Shown: in pieces, positions 26,986 to 35,675 of the stretch
Layout: the number at the start of each line of letters is the position of its first letter
Position numbering within the stretch: position 1 is the stretch's first letter
From: Roseburia hominis
Lineage (GTDB): Bacteria; Bacillota_I; Bacilli_A; RFN20; CAG-826
DNA: 64,000 bases
Assembly (NCBI GenBank): GCA_963642055.1
Contig: CAVIFQ010000005.1
Span: 9,633 to 73,632, forward strand
Reading direction: 5' to 3'
Translations under genes and position numbers: made by a program
The notes under the pieces: model-generated
What the model saw: only the letters and a program-made list of their open reading frames with translations
What the model was told of the DNA's origin: nothing
The model's database searches: none

Positions 26986-28278
26986 TCAATACCTGTCGAT
27001 GATTTTCTGCGTCTCGACCGCTAACTCGGAGATGAGCGTATCGAGGGTGCCATCATATTGGCCTTTGTAGTATTCCTGGATGTATTTGTTGTAGACGTTG
27101 ATCTGGATATTCACGAATCCTGGGATCGAAGGGCGGGTGGCGTAATTATCCGCGTAGCTCGCGGCGTCTTTGAGCACTTCGGTATTCTGGATCCACTCAT
27201 CGTTATAGAGGGAAGTTAAAGCTGGCAAGGTATTGGAGGTTTTACTCCACTCTAAAGAGGTATCTTCATCGAGAAGCCAGGATTTCATGAATTCCCAGGC
27301 TTTCTCTTTCTTCTCTTTCCAGCTATCGGTCTGGTATTTCTCGATCGGGTTAGGAAGAGCGATACCAAATCCCCCGATCATGCCGCCGTTTTTACCGTTT
27401 GCGCCGGTATAAGCTGGCTGAGGGAGGAACTTATAGTGGAGGTCAGGGGCATACTTCTTGAGGTAAGAAGAAAAGTAGACAGGCTGATTGATCATCGCTA
27501 GGCGCCCATTCTTGAAGGCGTCTTTGCCGCTGTAGCTCGAATTGCAGACCTCATCCGCCCCGAAATCCTTGAAGTAATTGAGCACGGCGCGGGTCTCATC
27601 ATTATCGTATTCGATTGTCCCATTCGCCCCGAAATCGTTGCCCGTGGAGACCATGAACTTGAAGAAATGCTCGTGGAGGTCATCGGCCGAATAGCCAGCC
27701 GGGTTAAAGCCATCGCTCGTCTTATTGCTCACGCCATGAGCGACTTCTTTCAAATCGTCCCACGTCCAATTGGCGTTGATTTTGCTCTTGTATTCCTCGC
27801 TGATGAGATCGGTATTCACGTAGATTCCCCAGATATCGAGGTCTAGAGGGAGCCCGTACTGGTGACCCTTGTAAGTGAGCTCATCGTAAGCCTGTTTCTG
27901 GAAGATACCACTATCAACGGAATCGCGAGCGATGTATTCATCGATCGGCAAAAGGTATTCTTGGGCGGCGTAAGTTGGGGTATTGAAGCGGTCCCAGATG
28001 ACTAAATCAGGCTGCTTGCCCACAAGCAAAGCCGAGGCAAAAGAGGTCTCGAATTCCGCCTTGATGGTGAGTTTGATTTGGATATCGTGCTTGCTGTTGT
28101 AGCTAGCGATAAACGCTTTGAGGTTCTCGGCATCATGCTGGACCCATTGTCCGCCCGCCCACATCGTGAGGGTCGTAGTCCCCGAATTTCCGCTTTCGCT
28201 GTTCCCACCATTGCAGCTAGTGAGCCCCAATAACGAAAAAGCGGCCAGGGAAGCGATTAAGAGTTTTCTTTTCTTCAT
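26986..28278 (-). CDS. ABC sugar-binding lipoprotein (extracellular solute-binding protein family 1)
   Basis: MKKRKLLIASLAAFSLLGLTSCNG contains a lipobox. Size and composition are typical of a sugar SBP. ATG lies 6 nt after GGAG. Confidence 0.8.
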   Translation of the reverse strand: MKKRKLLIASLAAFSLLGLTSCNGGNSESGNSGTTTLTMWAGGQWVQHDAENLKAFIASYNSKHDIQIKLTIKAEFETSFASALLVGKQPDLVIWDRFNTPTYAAQEYLLPIDEYIARDSVDSGIFQKQAYDELTYKGHQYGLPLDLDIWGIYVNTDLISEEYKSKINANWTWDDLKEVAHGVSNKTSDGFNPAGYSADDLHEHFFKFMVSTGNDFGANGTIEYDNDETRAVLNYFKDFGADEVCNSSYSGKDAFKNGRLAMINQPVYFSSYLKKYAPDLHYKFLPQPAYTGANGKNGGMIGGFGIALPNPIEKYQTDSWKEKKEKAWEFMKSWLLDEDTSLEWSKTSNTLPALTSLYNDEWIQNTEVLKDAASYADNYATRPSIPGFVNIQINVYNKYIQEYYKGQYDGTLDTLISELAVETQKIIDRY

Positions 28279-28475
28279 AACTTTCTCCATCAATGAGTTT
28301 AGGGTGAAGGCTGCTCCTTTTGAGTTGGAAAACCGCCTTTATCCTCCGAGTCGAGAGTAATATAGCACAATGAGCGAATAACATATTTCGCGCGTCCGAT
28401 TATATATCTTATTTAAGCCAAATATGATTTGACGTAGACAAAGTAAAAGTTCGACATTATCTAAGGTTTTTCTAT

Positions 28476-28504
28476 TTGCAATATGGTTATCGCTCTCTTA
28501 TGAT
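28476..28504 (+). promoter_or_regulatory. sigma-70-type promoter of the MsmX-like ATPase gene
   Basis: TTGCAA, a 17-nt spacer, then TATGAT, 25 nt upstream of the ATG at 28529. Confidence 0.45.
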
Positions 28505-28528
28505 GAACTAAAATCAAGGAAAAGAAAT

Positions 28529-29830
28529 ATGTCTACCGTAAAGCTCGTAAACCTCAATAAAATCTACCCTAACGGGGTGCAGGCCGTTTATGATTTCTCC
28601 CTCGAAATAAACGATAAGGAATTCATCGCTTTCGTGGGGCCATCGGGGTGTGGGAAAACCACCACTCTCCGGATGATCGCCGGATTAGAGGAAATCACAA
28701 GCGGGATGCTCTTCATCGATGACCAGCTCTACAATGACGTGCCACCGAAAGACCGTCACATCGCGATGGTCTTCCAAAGCTATGCCCTCTACCCCCACAA
28801 AAACGTTTTCGAGAACATGGCTTTTGGTCTCAAGATGCGGAAAATCCCCGTCCCGAAACTCGATAAGGAAGGCAAGGAAATCAAGAAGATCGACAAGAAA
28901 GCCATCAAGAAATACGAGAAGCAATTAAAAATCTTCGAGGCGCAGTTAGAGATCGCCAAAAAGAACAATCCTGTTTCCATTGAGGAAGTCGAGCGCAACA
29001 TCAAAGCCACCAAAGAGAAAATCGAATATTATTCTTCCACCCCCGTCACTCTCTATAAATACGTTCACCGCCCCAAGAAAGAGATCGAGGAGCGTGTCTT
29101 CAAAGCCGCGAAGATCCTCCAGCTGGAGGATTATCTCGACCGCAAACCCGACGCTTTATCGGGTGGGCAGCGTCAGCGCGTCGCGCTCGGTAGAGCAATC
29201 GTAAGGAACGCCAAAGTCTTCCTCATGGATGAGCCGCTCTCCAATCTTGACGCCAAACTCCGCGTCCAGATGCGCACCGAGATCATCAAGCTCCACCAGC
29301 AAATGGGATCTATCACGATTTACGTCACCCACGACCAGACCGAAGCGATGACGATGGCTAGCAGAATCGTCGTCATGAAAGACGGCTATATCCAGCAAAT
29401 CGGCACCCCGAAAGAGATTTACGCTCACCCAGTCAACAAGTTCGTCGCCAGCTTCATCGGCTCCCCCGCGATGAACTTCATTGAGGCCACATATGATGGC
29501 GATAAACTCATTTATGGCAATGAGAAAATCCCGTTGAGAGCCGAGCAAATCAAAATCCTCAACGAGAAAAACGCCAAAAAAGACGTCATTATCGGTATCA
29601 GGCCCGAGAATATCATCTTGAAGCCAGTAAAAGAGGGAACTTCTACAATCGGCATCATCGAAACCCTCGGCAGCGAATTCCTTATCCACTTCAATCTCGA
29701 AAACGGGAGTAGCCTCTGCGCAAAAACGATGAGCGACAAAGATCTATCCGTCGGCTCTTCCATCTCTTACGAGTTCGATTTAGAGAAGCTCCACCTCTTC
29801 GACAAGGAGAGTGAAGTCGCCTACTTCTAA
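28529..29830 (+). CDS. MsmX/MalK-type sugar ABC transporter ATPase with a ~75-aa K/E-rich insertion
   Basis: Walker A is GPSGCGKTT, Q-loop is MVFQSYALYPH, signature is LSGGQRQRVA, Walker B is FLMDEPLS, followed by a MalK-like regulatory C-domain. The insert lies between FGLKMRK and PKKEIEERV. Confidence 0.9.
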   Translation: MSTVKLVNLNKIYPNGVQAVYDFSLEINDKEFIAFVGPSGCGKTTTLRMIAGLEEITSGMLFIDDQLYNDVPPKDRHIAMVFQSYALYPHKNVFENMAFGLKMRKIPVPKLDKEGKEIKKIDKKAIKKYEKQLKIFEAQLEIAKKNNPVSIEEVERNIKATKEKIEYYSSTPVTLYKYVHRPKKEIEERVFKAAKILQLEDYLDRKPDALSGGQRQRVALGRAIVRNAKVFLMDEPLSNLDAKLRVQMRTEIIKLHQQMGSITIYVTHDQTEAMTMASRIVVMKDGYIQQIGTPKEIYAHPVNKFVASFIGSPAMNFIEATYDGDKLIYGNEKIPLRAEQIKILNEKNAKKDVIIGIRPENIILKPVKEGTSTIGIIETLGSEFLIHFNLENGSSLCAKTMSDKDLSVGSSISYEFDLEKLHLFDKESEVAYF

Positions 29831-29845
29831 AAACAAGATACAAGC

Positions 29846-29874
29846 AAAAAAGCGCGACCGTCCGCGCTTTTTTC
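29846..29874. terminator. bidirectional terminator between convergent genes
   Basis: AAAAA-AGCGCG-ACCGTC-CGCGCT-TTTTTT. Confidence 0.6.
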
Positions 29875-29875
29875 T

Positions 29876-30985
29876 TTACTCCTTTTTTCTTAAATCCTTG
29901 ATGGAATTGCCTTCGTGGATCTTATAGGAACTGAATAGCTTGAGAGCCACATTCTCCTTTCGAATGAGCTTATCGAGGACAGAGACGGCGATTTTGCCCA
30001 TCTCGCTCTGATTTTGGATGATGCGGGCTATATTTGGATTAACAAGGCCATAATTGTAATCGAAAGTTATAAGGGAGTAGTCCTCCGGAATCGATTTCTT
30101 CATTTTCCTGATGGCTTCATAGATGATTTTGCACACCATGAATTCGCTCGAGAAGAGGCAAGTTATCTCTTTCTCCTTGTTGAGGAATTTGATCACCGCT
30201 TCCACGTCATTATCGAAATCCTCCACGCTGCAATTGGTGTTTGGGCACTTTAAGAAGTTCCCGACATATTGCTCTTTTAAAAATTTCTGATTGTAGAAGA
30301 AAGCGGACTGGAAGCCGTTCTTGCGGTTCTCGATCGAAGAGACTCCCGAGTCTTTGCCGCATAAAAAGGCGATTTTCTCGTGTCCTTTGTCAAAGAGGAG
30401 CTTCGTTGCTTTCTGCGTGGCCTCGAAATTATCCGTGCGGACGCAGTGCAGCTGCATGCCCGTGAAATCGCGGTCGAGGAGAACAATCGGAAAACCGTTG
30501 AAATGATGGAAGATGAGGCGCTCATTGTAGTATTCATCATGCACGGGCTGGATGATGATCCCCTTGCATCCCATCCCGATGAGCTCATCGACGTATTTGG
30601 ACTCTAGCTCGATATTGCCTTTGGAATTCTTGAACACCATGTTGTAGCCTAAAGCCGATAACTCGCGCTCCACGCTTATAAGGAGCTCAAGCCCGAAAGC
30701 TGGAGAAATATTGCTCAAAATGAGGCCGATGAGATTCAGTTTGCTGCTTTCAAGGGCATTATCTTTGACTTTCTTCGAGACGAAGGTCCCGCGCCCAGGG
30801 TAGCGGACGACATACCCTTCCGCCACCAAAATCTGCATCGCTTTCTTGATGGTGATCCTGCTAGTGAAATACTCTTTGGTGAGCTCATCTTCCGTAGGCA
30901 AACAGTCATCGATTTTATAGACCCCGTCGATGATTTTCTTCTTCAGGTCTTTGTAAATGCTTCGATAAAGCGAATCGCTGCTCAT
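29876..30985 (-). CDS. transcriptional regulator: GntR-type wHTH fused to a LacI/PBP1-type sugar-binding domain
   Basis: N-terminus is LPTEDELTKEYFTSRITIKKAMQILVAEGYVVRYPGRGTFV (GntR HTH). The remainder is periplasmic-binding-protein-like (NLIGLILSNISPAFG...). Confidence 0.75.
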   Translation of the reverse strand: MSSDSLYRSIYKDLKKKIIDGVYKIDDCLPTEDELTKEYFTSRITIKKAMQILVAEGYVVRYPGRGTFVSKKVKDNALESSKLNLIGLILSNISPAFGLELLISVERELSALGYNMVFKNSKGNIELESKYVDELIGMGCKGIIIQPVHDEYYNERLIFHHFNGFPIVLLDRDFTGMQLHCVRTDNFEATQKATKLLFDKGHEKIAFLCGKDSGVSSIENRKNGFQSAFFYNQKFLKEQYVGNFLKCPNTNCSVEDFDNDVEAVIKFLNKEKEITCLFSSEFMVCKIIYEAIRKMKKSIPEDYSLITFDYNYGLVNPNIARIIQNQSEMGKIAVSVLDKLIRKENVALKLFSSYKIHEGNSIKDLRKKE

Positions 30986-31025
30986 AAGTTCCCTTCCAAG
31001 AAAACGGTCGCTTCAAGCCCCCACG

Positions 31026-31039
31026 AAAGACCGGTCTTT
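31026..31039. promoter_or_regulatory. perfect 14-bp palindrome AAAGACCGGTCTTT (candidate operator)
   Basis: Read directly. It lies 41 nt upstream of the regulator ATG (30985) and is followed by a tandem ttgttatat x2. Confidence 0.3.
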
Positions 31040-31151
31040 GTTATATATTGTTATATTTAATAATAATACAGCCCATTAAATATATTTCATATAGAAAAAT
31101 AACCTTTTTCTGAACGTTTTACCGGAACCGGTAGCTCAGTCAAAAGGCCCA

Positions 31152-31208
31152 TAAAAAAACGAAAAGCATGGTTTCCGCATAGGGGGTGAAAAGGGAAACC
31201 ATGCTTCC
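31152..31208 (-). terminator. rho-independent terminator after the 955-aa lipoprotein gene
   Basis: On the minus strand: a 13-bp stem AAGCATGGTTTCC / GGAAACCATGCTT followed by TTCGTTTTTTTAT. Confidence 0.65.
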
Positions 31209-31226
31209 GTTAACGAGAGAGGGAAA

Positions 31227-34094
31227 TTATTCGCCGACAGTCACACTTAAGCCGGTTAAGACAATTTTGTAATTTCTCGAAGGAATGTGAACTCCAAGAT
31301 TGACGTTTTTGCCATTCTCAGTTCCAGCGAGTTGGCTCAAATCAAATTCGAATTCTGTAACGTTCTCGTTGATAGAGACAGTTTTTGTGTCCTTCAACTC
31401 GCCATTGAGAAGAAGTTGGAAGGTTGTGTTTTCTCCATCTGACTTAAAATTTCTCATGCCAACTTTGACTTTGACGGCTTTGCCGCTGAGCGTAGTATCA
31501 CTCAAATCGAAGCTGCGGGTGAAGCCGCTTGCGAAATCCTGAGTGCGGAAATTGATGCCTTCGTTATAGATGGAATAAGGTCCAACCGGAATAACCTGGA
31601 GAGCCGTATTGTCACCAAGTTTTTTGACGTCGCTCGCATCCCAACTCAGCGATTCCTTAACTTTGAGGATGCTTGAGAAGCCGATGGAGGAAAGGACTAA
31701 GCGATCATCATATCCGCCAGTGTCTTTATTATCTCCAGTTATATCTCCAGCGAGATTTTTGATTGAAATAGTCACTTCTTTGTTAAGATAGCTTGAGAGG
31801 TCGTAGACGTACATGACGGCGTTTTGGCAGTCATCACCATCATTAACGAATTTAGTGACAGCACCATTTTTGGTGAAATAGTCGGTATCGTAACCGATGG
31901 CTTTAAGCTTCACGGCTTCGTTTTCGCCTTCTTTGACGGTGACTTCGCCTTTGAAATCATTACCGAACGTACGGGCACCAAAAGCCATGGTTGCATGCTT
32001 TTCGTCAATCGTCATGGTTTTACTGATAGTAGAGCCATGACCAATCTTCAAGCCTTCATTATACTCACTGACGCCATCATCGCTCTTTGTCCAACCATTA
32101 TCGAGAACAGTTTCGTATTTGAGGTTGTCCTCGCCCATTTCCTCACGCCAGTTATCCTTGTAGTTACGGCCCCAGGTGAATTCACCATTAGATTGACTAG
32201 TATCTTTTTTATCTGCAGTCGCTGGATAAGAGAGTTTATCGTCAGCGATCTCATCATCGCTTACAACATATTCAATCTTCGAGAGGACAGCGCGATAGTT
32301 GCGGCTTGGGACATGGATGCTCCAGTTCGCGACTTTTCCGACTTCACTCGTCAAATCTATGCCGACGACCGCGAAATTGTCGGATTTATCTCTTGTCAAA
32401 TAGTCTTTATAGGTGTTTTTAAGAGCACCATTGACCATCGTTTGGAAGGTCGCCTTCACATTATCATCACAGAGTGAACGCCAGTAGGTTTGGGCATAGA
32501 CGTGCTTGCCTTCAGTGATACTCGATAAGTCAATCTGCTCGGAAATGCCGCCCGCGAAATCGTTCGTGCGGAAACTGACGCCTTCATTGAAGATAGTCCA
32601 AGCACCAGCCATCATGAGTGATGATTCAGTTTCGAAAGAAGCGATGTCGGTCGTATTGAAGGTTGTAGTCTCAGTGAGCGTTCTCTTGCCAGCAAAACTG
32701 ACGGAACCGATAACCAAATCTTCGTTCCCACCGGCCGCGTAGCATTTGAGGTTCACGATTGAAACCCAAACCGTTTTCCCGATATAGCTAGAGAGATCAT
32801 AGGTTCTTTGGGTTGCAACTTCGCAGCCGTCCCCCGCTCCTTCGAAATAACTCGGCGAAGTTTTCTTGGTGAAGTAATCGTTCGTATCGCCAATAGCCTT
32901 GATGAGAGTGCCATTCACCATCACACCACCGGCAAAATCTTCATCAGCGTTTCCGAAATTTCTGACGCCAATCGTCATATAGCAATTCTTCTCGATGATG
33001 CTGACCAGCTTCATGACCGACGATTCTTTTTGAAGTTTGTAGCCTTCATTGATGTCATCGCAATCGCCGACTTTGATCCAGCTTGCATCACCAGCGATAT
33101 TCGTTGGCTTGTCGACATTATCTTTAGGATTCATTTCGCCGCCCCAATTGCTCGTGAAATCGTGGCCCCAGTAATTGGCTTTGGTCGCTGTAGCGATTGT
33201 ATCTTTCAAAGTTTTATCAACGAAAGCGGCTTTGATAACAACGCAGTGATTGGAATAAGAGGAGGTCTCAGCAATGCGTACGACGTGCGGTTTGCTGTAG
33301 TCAAAGTCCTTGAGGTCGCTCAAATCATAAATACCCAAGGTTGTGCGTCCGCAGTTCTTATCCAAGGTGATGGTATCGGTATCGTGATTCATGGCTTGAA
33401 TAACAGTGCCATCGATCATCACTTTCACTTTCGCGCCGGTTTCACCTTCTTCTTGCCCTTCGAAATCGCGGAGAGCGATCTGCAAATAAGGCTTATCCGT
33501 GGAAATAGTCTTGAGAATCGCCATGCTTTGGCCAGCCTTGAGGTCAAGGCCTTCGTTCACGCTGGAGAGAACATCAGTCGATGCTGACCACTCCTCTTTA
33601 AAATCATCGGCGCTGCTCCAGGCGTCTTTGGTAGTGGCAATGTAATTGACCGTCACAGCAGCAGAGAAATCACTATCGAGGTAATCCTCGTCTTTTTCAT
33701 CGGCAATGGCCTTGACTTTGACGGTGGCAGCCGCGCCTTTATCGGTGAGCGGCACTTTATAAGATGTCGTAGAGACTTTCACGCCCGTCGTATCGTCATT
33801 GACGAAGACGAGGTAATAGAAGGCACCCTCGATATCTTCCCAGTTCACTTCGCCTGAGACGGTGGTCGAGGCCGTGACGACTGGGGCAGGCAAAGCGGTC
33901 TTCACTTTGACTGAAGAGTCTTCGGCTTTCGATGAAGACGAGGACGAGGATGAGGATTTGGTTGAGGATGCCGACGAGGAGGCGGATGAAGAGGCTTCCT
34001 CCTTTGAAGAGGCAGCGCTTGAAGTAGCATCTGGGCTGCACCCAGTGAGCGTCATCAAAGCGGCAACCGCAATTAAAGCAACTTTCTTTTTCAT
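31227..34094 (-). CDS. 955-aa surface lipoprotein with poly-Ser linker and five paralogous ~140-170-aa modules; function unknown (carbohydrate binding suspected)
   Basis: Lipobox LTGCS and an S-rich linker. The modules share NEG(L/Y/V/I) and YDLS(S/D) motifs and end in HVPSRNYRAVLSKIEYVV / HIPSRNYKIVLTGLSVTV. AAGGAGA RBS upstream. Confidence 0.7.
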   Translation of the reverse strand: MKKKVALIAVAALMTLTGCSPDATSSAASSKEEASSSASSSASSTKSSSSSSSSSKAEDSSVKVKTALPAPVVTASTTVSGEVNWEDIEGAFYYLVFVNDDTTGVKVSTTSYKVPLTDKGAAATVKVKAIADEKDEDYLDSDFSAAVTVNYIATTKDAWSSADDFKEEWSASTDVLSSVNEGLDLKAGQSMAILKTISTDKPYLQIALRDFEGQEEGETGAKVKVMIDGTVIQAMNHDTDTITLDKNCGRTTLGIYDLSDLKDFDYSKPHVVRIAETSSYSNHCVVIKAAFVDKTLKDTIATATKANYWGHDFTSNWGGEMNPKDNVDKPTNIAGDASWIKVGDCDDINEGYKLQKESSVMKLVSIIEKNCYMTIGVRNFGNADEDFAGGVMVNGTLIKAIGDTNDYFTKKTSPSYFEGAGDGCEVATQRTYDLSSYIGKTVWVSIVNLKCYAAGGNEDLVIGSVSFAGKRTLTETTTFNTTDIASFETESSLMMAGAWTIFNEGVSFRTNDFAGGISEQIDLSSITEGKHVYAQTYWRSLCDDNVKATFQTMVNGALKNTYKDYLTRDKSDNFAVVGIDLTSEVGKVANWSIHVPSRNYRAVLSKIEYVVSDDEIADDKLSYPATADKKDTSQSNGEFTWGRNYKDNWREEMGEDNLKYETVLDNGWTKSDDGVSEYNEGLKIGHGSTISKTMTIDEKHATMAFGARTFGNDFKGEVTVKEGENEAVKLKAIGYDTDYFTKNGAVTKFVNDGDDCQNAVMYVYDLSSYLNKEVTISIKNLAGDITGDNKDTGGYDDRLVLSSIGFSSILKVKESLSWDASDVKKLGDNTALQVIPVGPYSIYNEGINFRTQDFASGFTRSFDLSDTTLSGKAVKVKVGMRNFKSDGENTTFQLLLNGELKDTKTVSINENVTEFEFDLSQLAGTENGKNVNLGVHIPSRNYKIVLTGLSVTVGE

Positions 34095-34167
34095 GGATTC
34101 TCCTTGTTGTGCCTATTGCTTTGGGCTTTTAAGTTTGGTGATTTTTTAACAAAGAGGAAAAACAAAG

Positions 34168-34647
34168 TCAAATTGCCTTCATCACATAGAGAGCGAAAAT
34201 AATACTTATTAAATAAGTATTAAATTTTGATTGCTCATATAAATGTCCTATTTGGTATAGCATTTTATAACAAAGAAAAAGGGCGTTTTTCAGCCCTTGA
34301 GCACCTATTGAACAGCGGATAGAAAACCAAAAGATGAAGGATGAAGGATGGGTGACCACCGCTTCAGCCCTTTTGCCGCAATCGAATAACGAGTTCGGCT
34401 TTCTAGCCACCAAAAAGCGATGCCTCTTATCGCTAAATAGCCCCTTCAAGTGAGTGTTTAACTCAGGTGCCTTCTCCAAAGCGTCCATAACGATCGCACG
34501 GTCAGATGAAGATAAGACAAGCTGTTCTTCTTCTGTCGCATCTTCTTTCGCATCTTTCATCGCCGCAAAGATGATGTAACGATTAAGGCTGACTCCTTTG
34601 CAAGCGGAGGCTTCTTCAAGCAACGTCTTATCGTCTTTCTCCACCAT
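34168..34647 (-). pseudogene. degenerate DUF1778/TacA-like antitoxin remnant without a GNAT toxin partner
   Basis: The first ~75 aa (KTLLEEASACKGVSLNRYIIFAAMKDA...LSSSDRAIVMDALEKAPELNTHLKGLF) resemble the TacA helix region and C-terminal tail. The ORF then runs through a terminator-like hairpin (~34270-34300) as featureless sequence. Confidence 0.35.
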
Positions 34648-34957
34648 CAGCTCTATCCTTATATATTTATTGTTCCTAGATATATGCTATCCCCTTTTTC
34701 TTATGAGGATATTTCCTCAGTTTTTCCACCCTCTTTGAGGCGGATCCTCTCCCTATTCTATCCTCTTCCAAGCGTTTACTTTGCTCACTCTCGATAAGAT
34801 AATCTAAGAAAGCGAGCGTAAATATGACCAAGAAAAAGAAAATAACCACCATCATTGTTTCGAGCCTATCCGCCCTTCTTATCGCCACCACGATCGGTCT
34901 TCTCGTCAGGGATACAAATACGGCATCCCGCCTTTTGGTAATCTCAAGGAAGAACGC

Positions 34958-35632
34958 TTGAAGAAGCTCGAAGGCAATGGCGAAGCATATGCCTTGGAGG
35001 AAGTGGAAGAACTGCCAAGCTCCCCCATCAAAGGGTGGAAAGTCGCTTATCTAGGCTCTTCGGTCACTTACGGGGCTTCCTCTTTAGGCACCTCCTTCGT
35101 GGAATATATAAGCAAAAGGAACGGCAATCCCTATATCAAAGAAGCGGTCTCTGGCACCACGCTCGCGGATATAAATGACTCCTCTTACGTGAAGCGTCTA
35201 GCGAATATCGATAAGAAAAAGGAAATCGATATCTTCGTCTGTCAATTATCCACGAATGATGCGAGCAAGAAACTCGAGCTCGGCGATATCTCCTCCACTG
35301 ACACCAAGACTACGTGCGGCGCGATCAACTACATCATCGATTACGTCCATAAGACTTGGGGGTCCCTACTACTCTTCTACACGAACTCTTATTACGAAAA
35401 CTCCTATTACAAGCAAAGCGTTGATGCCTTGAATGAGATCGCCAAAAAGAAATACATCGGCGTCATCGATTTATATTCGGATGAAGAATTCAATAACATC
35501 AGCGAGAAGAAGCGCTCCCTCTATATGGAGGATAACATCCATCCGACAAAAGCCGGCTACTTGAAATGGTGGACCCCTAAGATGGAAAAGGGCATCTACG
35601 ATTTCGTGGAGAGATCGAAAGAAGCCTTTTGA
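34958..35632 (+). CDS. SGNH/GDSL-family hydrolase; catalytic domain only, N-terminal anchor in another frame
   Basis: Block I is VAYLGSSVTYG and block V is DNIHPTKAGY. The track start is TTG and there is no in-frame ATG nearby. A 45-codon ORF (34824-34958; MTKKKKITTIIVSSLSALLIATTIGLLV) encodes a signal anchor in a different frame. Confidence 0.7.
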   Translation: MKKLEGNGEAYALEEVEELPSSPIKGWKVAYLGSSVTYGASSLGTSFVEYISKRNGNPYIKEAVSGTTLADINDSSYVKRLANIDKKKEIDIFVCQLSTNDASKKLELGDISSTDTKTTCGAINYIIDYVHKTWGSLLLFYTNSYYENSYYKQSVDALNEIAKKKYIGVIDLYSDEEFNNISEKKRSLYMEDNIHPTKAGYLKWWTPKMEKGIYDFVERSKEAF

Positions 35633-35675
35633 TCAAAAATCCCCGCATTCCCCCTTTTATTTCAAGGATTGAGCC

